A stretch of DNA of 64,000 nucleotides from Longimicrobiales bacterium (GTDB lineage: Bacteria > Gemmatimonadota > Gemmatimonadetes > Longimicrobiales > Gaopeijiaceae), in the NCBI GenBank assembly GCA_965218295.1, contig CBDCKN010000008.1, positions 1 to 64,000 of the forward strand, read 5' to 3'. The notes under the pieces are model-generated. The model was not told the DNA's origin and made no database searches. It saw only the letters and a program-made list of their open reading frames with translations. Of the stretch, positions 1 to 8,277 are shown in pieces (position 1 is the stretch's first letter; each line of letters begins with the position of its first letter). Made by a program: the position numbers and the translations under genes.

Positions 1-1331
1 TCCAGCCGGTCGCCAAATGCCGTGACCCTGTACACCACCAGCTCCAAGCGGTCGAGGCCGTAGTCGTCCGCCGCCTCGAGCACCAGAGGGTGACGAAGAG
101 ACACGGGTAGCAAGGTGTCCTTGCCCGGGACCAGCACGGCCACATGGGGCGCCGAGTCCGGGACCAGCGTCAGCTCCAGCGTGGCAGGTGCCACCTCGGC
201 CGGGTCTCCCTCGGTGTCGGTAAAGCGCCAGGGGTAAACCCCGCTGGCCCGCGGAATCCAGTTGCCCTCGAAGTCCCGACCCGAGACCGCCAGCCGGAGC
301 TCTTCTTCGCCCTCGGGACCGTCAAGTCCGGCCGAGCTGAGCGGCCGACTCGCCCGACCCTGGATGGCGAAGCGACTCCCCACCGGGATGTCGAGGGGAG
401 GTATGTCGGCCCCGTACTCCTCCGGGAAGCGGCCCGTGTGAGGGGGAAACGTGAGGGAAACGGTCACCTCACTCACCAGGAGTGGGTCGACGGGCTCCAG
501 CACGTAGCTGGGAGAGCGTGCTCCGTCGGGAGCTTCGACCCAGTACTCCGTCCGGGCCTTAACCGTCCGAAGGATCAGCCCCGCCCGGTCGGCAACCACG
601 TCGAGACGCTCCTCCAGGGCCACATCACCCGCCGCCTGCCAGTGCACCGTGACCGTCGAACGTCCCGGGGCAATCACGGTGAGTGGCACGTCAGCACCGC
701 GGAGTATCTCGGTGGTTCCCGGCGTCACCTCCAGCGGAGGAAGCGTGGGGTCGGCCAGGAGGTCGAACGGCCGCGCCAGCCCCGACCAGGCGGCGAAGGA
801 CCGGCTGGGGGACACTACGGTAAGCAGTGCCACGGTCGGCACCAGCAACGCCAGCCCCATCGTGGCCCGGTGAATCCAGCGAGCGGCTTCGGCAGCCAGC
901 CGCCCGGCCAAACGGGGCCTCGGACCCTTCAGGTCGGTCAGCGCCGCTTCGGCGGCCTGGAAGGCGAGAGCGGAGGACACGCCCGGCGGAAGGGCCCTGG
1001 CCAGCTCCAGCGAGCCCTGCAGCACGCCGGGAGCGAGTCCGGCGCTCTCCTCCATGCTCGCCGTCACATTGGGCTCTCGCAGCCAGAGCGTCCCTATCCT
1101 CCGGTACACCGTCCACGCGAGGACTCCGAGTCCCACCAGGGCGAGATCGATGATCAGGGGGATGGCCGTCCCCTGGCGCCAACCGTCGGGAGCTGCCACC
1201 AGCCACGCCAGGATCAGGATCCCCGTCACGCCCGCTCCGAGCCAGAGGCCGAAGGCCAGGCGAGCTCGGTTCATGAGGTGCTCTCGCACATCCCCAACGA
1301 TGCGAACGACGCGAACGGGAGCGGGACTCAC
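1..1331 (-). CDS. Large membrane-anchored hypothetical protein (DUF4175-like), runs off the window start
   Basis: Read by hand: GTG at 1331 overlaps the DUF4159 stop (GTGA). The frame begins MSPAPVRVVRIVGDVREHLMNRARLAFGLWLGAGVTGILILAWLV with hydrophobic helices. It is absent from the ORF track, probably because no stop lies in the window. Family is inferred from context. Confidence 0.6.
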   Translation of the reverse strand, partial: MSPAPVRVVRIVGDVREHLMNRARLAFGLWLGAGVTGILILAWLVAAPDGWRQGTAIPLIIDLALVGLGVLAWTVYRRIGTLWLREPNVTASMEESAGLAPGVLQGSLELARALPPGVSSALAFQAAEAALTDLKGPRPRLAGRLAAEAARWIHRATMGLALLVPTVALLTVVSPSRSFAAWSGLARPFDLLADPTLPPLEVTPGTTEILRGADVPLTVIAPGRSTVTVHWQAAGDVALEERLDVVADRAGLILRTVKARTEYWVEAPDGARSPSYVLEPVDPLLVSEVTVSLTFPPHTGRFPEEYGADIPPLDIPVGSRFAIQGRASRPLSSAGLDGPEGEEELRLAVSGRDFEGNWIPRASGVYPWRFTDTEGDPAEVAPATLELTLVPDSAPHVAVLVPGKDTLLPVSLRHPLVLEAADDYGLDRLELVVYRVTAFGDRL

Positions 1332-1993
1332 GGCACCAACTGGCTGAGGACGTACAGGTAGAGATTGACCCCCATGCGGATCGAGGCCTCGCGGACCTCA
1401 GGAGCATCTTCGTGAACGTCCGGATCCTCCCAGCCATCCCCCAGGTCGGACTCGTAGCTGTAGAAGACGATCAGCCTTCCTCCGTGGAAGATCCCGAAGG
1501 CCTGCGGCGGCTTCCCGTCGTGCTCGTGGATCTTCGGCAGGCCCTCGGGAAACTCGTACATGACCTTGAAGACCGGGTGACTCGCTGGAAGCTCGGACAG
1601 CTCGTACTCCGGGAAGATCTCGGCCATCTCTCTCCGGAACGGCTCGTCCATGCCGTAGTTGTCGTCGGCGTGGAGGAATCCGCCGGACAAGAGATACTCG
1701 CGAAGCGCCACCCGCTCTTCAGGAGAAAAACGCACGTTGCCGTGCCCGGTCATGTAGAGATACGGGTAGTCCTTGAGCGACGGGTCCAGCGGCCGAACCG
1801 TATCGGGTCGGCCCGACACGGGAAGGCCCGTGCGCTCGCGGATGGCGGAAAGAAGGTTGGGCAGCGAAGACGGGTTGGCGTACCAGTCCCCGCCACCCTC
1901 GTACTGCAGCCGTGCTATGGACAGGACGGAGTCAGGCGACACGCTCGGGCCCGCGGAGGCCAGCATGCCTACCAGCAGAGCGATACTGACCAC
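1328..1993 (-). CDS. DUF4159 domain protein
   Basis: Motifs GGGDWY-NP, YPYLYMTGHG, GGFLHADDNYG, ESDLGDGWED. The GTG at 1993 is preceded by AGGAG; the longer track ORF runs into the repeat. Confidence 0.85.
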   Translation of the reverse strand: MVSIALLVGMLASAGPSVSPDSVLSIARLQYEGGGDWYANPSSLPNLLSAIRERTGLPVSGRPDTVRPLDPSLKDYPYLYMTGHGNVRFSPEERVALREYLLSGGFLHADDNYGMDEPFRREMAEIFPEYELSELPASHPVFKVMYEFPEGLPKIHEHDGKPPQAFGIFHGGRLIVFYSYESDLGDGWEDPDVHEDAPEVREASIRMGVNLYLYVLSQLVP

Positions 1994-2001
1994 GAGACTC
2001 C

Positions 2002-2167
2002 TAGTGTTCCGTTGCCGAAGTTCGCGAGCCACCAAGAGGGTCGGGGTGCCGTGGGATCAAGGCGGGACGACGCGGCGTAGCGCAAGCTACGGTAAGAAGT
2101 CCCAACGCCGAGCCCACGGATGCACCGTGCCCTCGACTGGCCGAGACACTTTGGTAGCGGGACACTA
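2002..2167 (+). mobile_element. MITE-like palindromic repeat, full copy 1 (162 bp plus flanking TA)
   Basis: TA-GTGTTCCGTTGCCGAAGT...ACTTTGGTAGCGGGACAC-TA; near-identical to 14689-14854 and 31205-31370. Confidence 0.9.
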
Positions 2168-2218
2168 GAGGCCTGTTGAAGAAGTAGGGCGCTTGCCTAC
2201 TCTTGTGGGTCGCTCCGC

Positions 2219-3087
2219 TCAACTCGGCTCCTCTTCGATGACGGGATCGTCAGCACCTCGAAGTGAATGCACGATCTCGTATGCCATGTTCTTCGCGATC
2301 CCCAGGCGGGACGACACTTCGCGCGCCGCCCTGCTGGGCGTCAGGCCCTCGGCCAGAAGCGCCTGCGCCAAGGCTCGCGCGGCCGCCGCGTCGACCCGCT
2401 GTTCGGTCTCTTCTTCAACCCTCGGCGACACGACCACGGTGATCTCTCCCCGCGGCGGTCGCTCGGCATAATAGCTGGCCGCATCACCCATTGTTCCCCG
2501 GAAGAACTCCTCATGAATCTTGGTCATCTCCCGGGCCACGACAACCTGCCTCTCCTCCCCGGCCAGCTCCCCGAGATCGGCCAGAAGTGCGCCGAGTCGG
2601 CCTGGCGCCTCGAACACGACCGAGGTCTCGCTCGCCCCGACGATCCGCTCCAGGAGGTCGCTCCTAGGCCCCTTCTTCCGTGGAACGAAACCATGGAATG
2701 TGAACGGCACCGTGGGGAATCCGCACCGACCAACGCGGTGAGGATCGCCGAAGGGCCCGGAATGGGAACCACGTTGTGCCCGGCCTCCACCACAGTACGC
2801 ACCAGGCGCTCTCCAGGGTCTGAAAGTAGAGGAGTCCCGGCATCGGAAACCAGGGCCAGGCACTGGCCGGCGTTCAGGCGGTCCAGGACGCCCGCTAGGC
2901 GTGAGGCTTCGTTGTGCTCATGAAGGGACGTGAGCGGCGTGTGAAGATCGAAGTGATCCATCAGGACCCTGGTGCGCCGGGTGTCTTCGGCCAGCACACC
3001 GTCCACGGAGCCCAGCACCTCGAGGGCACGCCTGGAGGTGTCCGAGAGATTACCGATAGGGGTGGCGACGATATAAAGGGTGCTCAT
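2219..3087 (-). CDS. rsmI: 16S rRNA C1402 2'-O-methyltransferase, frameshifted near 2721
   Basis: N-half [16 protein letters not shown]...EDTR...VSDAGTP and C-half FHGFVPRK...FEAPGR...REMTKIHEE lie in different frames; adding one G restores ALVGAGFPT. Confidence 0.9.
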
Positions 3088-3169
3088 GGGAAGCAGTATA
3101 GCCAAGCGACGGCCCGGGGGCTCTCACCCCCGGGCCGGTCAACCCATTCTGGAACCGAGTCCGGAGCGC

Positions 3170-3219
3170 CTAGTGTTCCGTTGCCAAAGTTCGCGAGCGA
3201 CCAAGAGGGTCGGGGCGCC
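3170..3219 (+). repeat. Left-end fragment of the MITE-like repeat
   Basis: CTAGTGTTCCGTTGCCAAAGTTCGCGAGCGACCAAGAGGGTCGGGGCGCC, ending at the trxA stop. Confidence 0.85.
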
Positions 3220-3554
3220 TACATGTGCTCCCGAACCTTGGCCTCCAAGGTGGGGCGTGGCACCGCGCCCACCACCGTGTCCACGTGCTGTCCATCCTTG
3301 AAGAACAGGATGCTCGGAATGGAGCGCACGGCGAACCGGATCGTCACCTTCGGGTTCGCGTCCACATCCAGCTTCCCGACAGTCAGCCCCTCGTCGCCGT
3401 ACTCCTCGGCCAGCTCCTCGACGATGGGGGACACCATTCGGCACGGACCGCACCACGCAGCCCAAAAATCCACCATGGTGAGACCAGTTCCCTCTTCGAT
3501 GGTCTCGGCGAAATTCTGGTCCGTGATCTCGACGACCTTCCCGTTATCACTCAT
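3219..3554 (-). CDS. trxA: Thioredoxin
   Basis: DFWAAWCGPC motif, 111 aa. Confidence 0.95.
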   Translation of the reverse strand: MSDNGKVVEITDQNFAETIEEGTGLTMVDFWAAWCGPCRMVSPIVEELAEEYGDEGLTVGKLDVDANPKVTIRFAVRSIPSILFFKDGQHVDTVVGAVPRPTLEAKVREHM

Positions 3555-3630
3555 CAGGTTGTCTCCTTGTACCTTGAATGGATCGGCCCTACGATCCGAT
3601 CCAGGCTCATCTATCCAATCTAGTCCAATT

Positions 3631-4029
3631 ATGAACGGCTATCCGCTCGATCACGTCGCCATTGCGGTCCGATCCATTCAAGAATCGGCGGCGACCTTCG
3701 AACCCGTCACCGGGTGCGCTTGTTCCACCATCGAAGAGCTGCCCGCCCAGGACGTCAACGTCGCGTTTCTGGGCGCCCTCGAGCTCATCGAGCCCCGATC
3801 CGCCGACAGCGGCGTGGCCCGTTTCATCGAGCGCCGCGGACCCGGGCTTCACCACATCGCTTACCGGGTTCCCAACATCCGAGCAGCCCTCGAGGAACTA
3901 AAGACACGAGGGTTCCAGCCCGTCGACGAGGAGCCGCATTCCGGCGCTCGGGGGCACCAGGTCGTGTTTCTTCATCCCAAGACCACAGGCGGCGTGCTGA
4001 TCGAGCTGGTCCAGCAACCGGAGCCCTAG
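3631..4029 (+). CDS. mce: Methylmalonyl-CoA epimerase / VOC-family protein
   Basis: LDHVAIAV...LELIEP...GPGLHHIAYRV...FLHPKTTGGVLIELVQ. Confidence 0.85.
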   Translation: MNGYPLDHVAIAVRSIQESAATFEPVTGCACSTIEELPAQDVNVAFLGALELIEPRSADSGVARFIERRGPGLHHIAYRVPNIRAALEELKTRGFQPVDEEPHSGARGHQVVFLHPKTTGGVLIELVQQPEP

Positions 4030-4520
4030 GTCCCTGTGACCTTCTCCAGCTCGATGATCTCGATGAGCCACCGATCGCCCGACGCCAGGACCACGGTGAA
4101 GCCCACGTCTCGCACGGTTCGTCCTCTGGCGAACGACATGTCGACGCCGATCCGTATGGCCTCGCGCTCCGTCCCCGCTACCGAGCGCTCGGAGGCGATC
4201 TGGTAGTCCTCGTGCCGGAGGATGCCCGCGATGGCATCCATGCGGAGCTCCACGTCGGCCCACTTGACGCACGACTGACCACCGAACGCAGAGCCGATCT
4301 TCTTCCAGAAGCATCCGAAGGAGCTCCCCGTATCCTCCACCGGTCCATCGCGGGTCCCGAAGAGACGCGCCATCGCATACAGATCTCGCGTATTGGCAGC
4401 TTGAAGGAACCGCTCTACAGAGAGGGCCGGCGCCACAGCTGCGACGGGGCTTCTGGTCACCGTGCGGCTCGCACAACCCCACACGACAGTGAGCAGGAGT
4501 ACCCTCTCTGCCAACTTACG
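4026..4520 (-). pseudogene. Lipoprotein gene body; its 5' end (6069-6093) is displaced by the IS
   Basis: Lipobox-like VVWGC. Joining 6093-6069 to 4519 gives in-frame MKRSAIALRKLAERVLLLTVVWGC. Confidence 0.75.
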
Positions 4521-4574
4521 TGAGACACGGAGCAGCTAAGGAATTAGAGTAGGGCGAAGGCAGAGAAACCGAGG

Positions 4575-5024
4575 ATGCTGAGACACCGTGAGAGAATGAA
4601 AGAGAATGGAATAGCCCCACCAACCTGGGACGGTAAGCGAAGCGCGGCAGCTCCTGCGGACTCGGAGGTGGTAGATAGGCCGCTGCGCCGGCGGTTCGCT
4701 CCGTCGTACAAGCTGCGGATCGTCGAAGAAGCGGACCGGTGCACGGAGCCCGGAGAGGTTGGCCGACTCCTACGGCGGGAGGGCTTGTACTCGTCGCACC
4801 TGACGACATGGCGCAAGGCGGCGCATAGCGGGTCCCTGAAAGCGCTGTCGAAGAAACGAGGCCGTAAGCGCGAGCGCAATCCGCTGGAGGAGAAGGTGCG
4901 CAAGCTGGAGCGCGAGAACACTCGCCTCGAGAAGGAGCTCCAGAAGGCGCACTTGATCATCGACGTCCAGGGAAAAGTTGCAGGGCTGCTGGGATTGAGC
5001 CTCGAGGACGGGACGAACTCATGA
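4575..5024 (+). CDS. IS3 transposase OrfA (helix-turn-helix plus coiled coil)
   Basis: RRRFAPSYKLRIVEEAD...LLRREGLYSSHLTTWR...LERENTRLEKEL. Confidence 0.9.
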   Translation: MLRHRERMKENGIAPPTWDGKRSAAAPADSEVVDRPLRRRFAPSYKLRIVEEADRCTEPGEVGRLLRREGLYSSHLTTWRKAAHSGSLKALSKKRGRKRERNPLEEKVRKLERENTRLEKELQKAHLIIDVQGKVAGLLGLSLEDGTNS

Positions 5025-6028
5025 AGGCGACCCAGGAGCTAGCCAAGCACGTAGGGGTGAAGCCCGCGTGCGATGCGCTCAGGGTGCCGCGAGCCACGTT
5101 CTACCGTCGTCGGAGTGCATCGACCGGGCATCAGCAGCCCCGCCCGACCCCCGCCCGGGCCTTAAGTGAGAGGGAGCGGGACAAGATTTTCGACACCCTG
5201 TGTTCGGAGCGGTTCGTGGACCGGTCCCCAGCCGAGGTGGTGGCGACGCTGCTCGACGAGGACGTCTACCTGTGCAGCGAGCGTACGATGTATCGCGTTC
5301 TGGCTTCCCAGGTGCCGGTTCAGGAGCGTCGAGCGCAGCGGAGTCATCCCAAATACCAGAAGCCCGAGTTGATGGCGAGGGGCCCGAACCAGGTCTGGTC
5401 CTGGGATATCACCCGGCTGCTGGGGCCGAAGAAGTGGAGTTACTTCTACCTCTACGTGATCCTGGACATCTTCAGCCGCTACGTCGTGGGATGGATGGTG
5501 GCGGATCGGGAGAACTCTGCCCTGGCCAGCCGGCTGATCCAGCAGAGTTGCTTGAAGCATGGCGTCCAGCCCCACCTCCTGACCCTGCATTCCGATCGAG
5601 GGGCTCCGATGACGAGCCAATGCACGGCTCAACTACTCGCCGATCTCGGCGTGACCCGCTCGTTGGGCCGACCCCAGGTCTCGGATGACAATCCGTTCTC
5701 CGAGGCTCAGTTCAAGACCTTGAAGTACCATCCCTCGTTTCCCGGCCGGTTCGGGGATCAGGGGCAAGCCAAGACCTTCTGTCGCTCGTTCTTCCGTTGG
5801 TATAATGCCGAGCACCGCCATGGCGGCATCTCGATGCTGACCCCCGAACAGGTCCACTTCGGTCACGCCGATCGGATCATCGCCTGCAGGAAGGCCGTGC
5901 TCCGTGAGGCATGGGCCGCTCATCCCGAGCGCTTCGTCTCCGGTGAGCCGAAGCCTAAACCACTCCCGGAGGCCGTCTGGATCAATCCTCCCACCCCATC
6001 CCTCACTACACAGGAGATTGCTCTCTAA
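5021..6028 (+). CDS. IS3 transposase OrfB (rve/DDE integrase core)
   Basis: WSWDIT...LDIFSRYVVGW...HSDRG...DNPFSEAQFKTLK. Confidence 0.95.
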   Translation: MKATQELAKHVGVKPACDALRVPRATFYRRRSASTGHQQPRPTPARALSERERDKIFDTLCSERFVDRSPAEVVATLLDEDVYLCSERTMYRVLASQVPVQERRAQRSHPKYQKPELMARGPNQVWSWDITRLLGPKKWSYFYLYVILDIFSRYVVGWMVADRENSALASRLIQQSCLKHGVQPHLLTLHSDRGAPMTSQCTAQLLADLGVTRSLGRPQVSDDNPFSEAQFKTLKYHPSFPGRFGDQGQAKTFCRSFFRWYNAEHRHGGISMLTPEQVHFGHADRIIACRKAVLREAWAAHPERFVSGEPKPKPLPEAVWINPPTPSLTTQEIAL

Positions 6029-6169
6029 TTGATTTCCAAGAGTGTCTCACTGGCGTTGACAGGTTCCGGTAGGGCTATTGCGCTACGCTTCACCGATGGG
6101 ACTCCGTTTCCATAGAGACCGGTGTCGGGCCGGGCGGTACCGGCCACCCGGGGGCCATTAAGACCACTT

Positions 6170-6197
6170 AGTTTACCGGGCACGTCAAGGCCGTCAA
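6170..6197 (-). promoter_or_regulatory. Sigma70-like promoter of the interrupted lipoprotein gene
   Basis: TTGACG-16 nt-TAAACT upstream of a GGAG RBS and the GTG at 6093. Confidence 0.55.
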
Positions 6198-6225
6198 GCG
6201 GTCTGAAGTGAGCCCTCGGGGCCCC

Positions 6226-7668
6226 TCATCGCCCGCCCGTCACCCGCTTCACAAGCGTTCCGGCTTCCAGAGCTTCGTCCAGCGTGCGCCGGTTGAGGTC
6301 CGCCAGCTTCTCGGTCTCGATGATGGACGGATGGGCCTCGGTGAACTCCCGAAAGGTCATCCGCGACGATAATCGAACGATCTCGAGGCGGGCAGGCTCG
6401 ATCCCCAAGACCTCTGGGTCCCTCTCCACCCGGAAGCTTCTCACGCTCCCGATCACCCCGCTCTCATGATCGAGCCAGCGAGACGAGATGGCGTAGCCCA
6501 GGATCCGGAAGAGGGTGCCGCCGTGGCCGACGAAGAGCACCGTTCCGCGGAGCCTCCCCTGATCCGTTCGCGCCTCGAACGAAGCCTCACGCGCCTCGAG
6601 TCCATGGACGGTGGTCCGGCGGGGAGCGCTCCCGCTGATGCCGTTCTGGCCCAAGAAGGCGCGCACAGCCGCGTCGAGGCTGCCCTGCTCCGACGCACTC
6701 GTGAGAACGACGATGGCGCTCTCGTCCCTCGCCACGGCCGCCACCTGGGACCTCTGGTTCGCGGTCTTCCAGCCCGGCGGAAAGTCCATGGCGAAGGCCA
6801 GGTCCGGATGCCGGAACAGGCCACCCTCGAAGAAACCCTCCCGGGGGTTCACGCCGTACACCAGCCCGTCCAGGTGAAGCAGGTACTCGTCCCTCCCCGA
6901 CGTGTACCCCGAGTAGTCCTGTCCCGAGCTTGCCACCAGCTCGCGGATCTTGGCCTCGCGATTCTCGGGATTCGGATGGGTCGACTGCCATTCGGGGAGC
7001 CTGCCCCCTCCCCCGGCCGCCAGCGCCAACGTCTGGAACACGCCCACGAGGGCATTGGGGTCGTACCCAGCCCGCGACATGTAACGGACCCCGAGCTCGT
7101 CCGACTGAGACTCGTCACCCCGGCTGTACCGGAGGTTGAGGAGCTGGAACCCCGCCGAGAGCACTCCTGCGGCCGAAGTAAAGTCCGAGGACACAGCCGC
7201 CCCCACTCCCAGTCCGATCTGCTGGAGCTGCTGACGGCTGAGCTGACTCGCCGAGTGCCGGGCCGTGACGTGGCCGATCTCGTGGCCGAGGACGCCGGCC
7301 AGCTCGGCCTCGGAGTTCAGGCTGGCCAGGATGCCACGGGTGATGAAGATGAAACCCCCGGGAAGCGCGAAGGCGTTCACGACGAGATCGTCCACCACTT
7401 TGAACGACCACGGCAGCTGCGGGCGCTCCGACCGGGCGGCGAGGTTTTCACCGATGCCCCGGACAAACGTCTGGAGCTCGTCGGACGGATACAGCCCGTA
7501 GGCCTCGGTGACCTGCCCGTCGGCGTCCCGACCCATCTCGATCTCCTGATCTTCACTCAACAGCATGAACTGGCGCTCACCCGTGGCGGGGTTGAGCGCG
7601 CAGGCCGCGGCCGACGACAACAGGCCGGCCAGCAGCATCAGCCGGGCTTGCCCGAGGATTCTGTTCAT
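6226..7668 (-). CDS. M48-family zinc metalloprotease, lipoprotein
   Basis: Lipobox AAAC, NAFALPGG, HEIGH, E-x-x-x-D, STHP. Confidence 0.9.
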   Translation of the reverse strand: MNRILGQARLMLLAGLLSSAAACALNPATGERQFMLLSEDQEIEMGRDADGQVTEAYGLYPSDELQTFVRGIGENLAARSERPQLPWSFKVVDDLVVNAFALPGGFIFITRGILASLNSEAELAGVLGHEIGHVTARHSASQLSRQQLQQIGLGVGAAVSSDFTSAAGVLSAGFQLLNLRYSRGDESQSDELGVRYMSRAGYDPNALVGVFQTLALAAGGGGRLPEWQSTHPNPENREAKIRELVASSGQDYSGYTSGRDEYLLHLDGLVYGVNPREGFFEGGLFRHPDLAFAMDFPPGWKTANQRSQVAAVARDESAIVVLTSASEQGSLDAAVRAFLGQNGISGSAPRRTTVHGLEAREASFEARTDQGRLRGTVLFVGHGGTLFRILGYAISSRWLDHESGVIGSVRSFRVERDPEVLGIEPARLEIVRLSSRMTFREFTEAHPSIIETEKLADLNRRTLDEALEAGTLVKRVTGGR

Positions 7669-7767
7669 GGAGCCTCTTCCACGCCTCGTGACCACGGATA
7701 TCGGGGATCGGACGCCAACCACGACGTGTATTCCTGCTGGATGGTCGATCAGTGGAACATAATAACG

Positions 7768-7812
7768 CCCCGTTACCAAAGTGTCTCAGGCAGTCGAGGG
7801 CACGGTGCATCC
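7768..7812 (-). repeat. Right-end fragment of the MITE-like repeat (inverted)
   Basis: CCCGTTACCAAAGTGTCTCAGGCAGTCGAGGGCACGGTGCATCC matches the reverse complement of the repeat's 3' part. Confidence 0.85.
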
Positions 7813-7899
7813 ATCCCAACAGGCCTCTATATTGTGGCCCGGTGGAGCCCTCAGGCTCGCCGCCTCCGCCCTATGATCACCCCGAGAACCCACTTCGGC

Positions 7900-8277
7900 A
7901 TGTCTGAAGCGTCGACCCCTGCGCCTTCCCCTCCGCGCCCCCTCGTCACCCTGATCGCCCTGCTCCTCGGTGTGGCGTCTGGAGCGTGTGGCGCCAATAC
8001 GCCGAACGAAGTGGTGGACACGATCGACCGCGAAACCTTCATCGAGGTCTACGTCGATCTGCGATCCGTGGCGCTCCGGAAGACCTCCCGCAAGGTCAAT
8101 GCCGTCGAACGGGACAGCGTGCTGACCATGCACGAGGTTACCGAGGAGAACCTTCGGCTCTTCCTCGAGGTCTACCACACCGAAGTGGAGTTCATGCGCG
8201 ATCTCTGGAACGATGTGGAGGCACGCATATCTCTGATGCTCCTGATGGCAGACGAGGGATCGGAGAGAGATGGCTGA
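7900..8277 (+). CDS. Hypothetical lipoprotein (DUF4296-like)
   Basis: Signal peptide with SGAC; IDRETFIEVYVDL...DSVL. Alternative start at 7873; stop overlaps the next gene. Confidence 0.65.
   Translation: MSEASTPAPSPPRPLVTLIALLLGVASGACGANTPNEVVDTIDRETFIEVYVDLRSVALRKTSRKVNAVERDSVLTMHEVTEENLRLFLEVYHTEVEFMRDLWNDVEARISLMLLMADEGSERDG

Larger units (their letters stand above)
4521..6068 (+). mobile_element. IS3-family insertion sequence
   Basis: orfA/orfB pair; imperfect inverted repeats TGAGACAC..AATTAGAG (from 4521) and CTCTAATT..GTGTCTCA (to 6049); boundaries taken from the rebuilt empty site. Confidence 0.9.

Noticed and set aside
144..1361. 405-aa + strand ORF and similar long shadow ORFs (6466-8277, 10160-11584, 11487-12932, 17175-18764, 32598-33965, 59015-61042)
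   Set aside because: They are antisense to well-supported genes, show no recognisable motifs and are expected at high GC. Only the 3' end of 6466-8277 is a real gene.
1994..2035. MITE-derived N-terminal extension or RBS for the DUF4159 gene
   Set aside because: The AGGAG is formed by the target TA plus host sequence, so it predates insertion; the GTG at 1993 is the better start.
3611..3629. Short direct repeat CTA(G)TCCAAT before mce
   Set aside because: Only two imperfect 9-10-nt units in a promoter region; too weak to call an operator.
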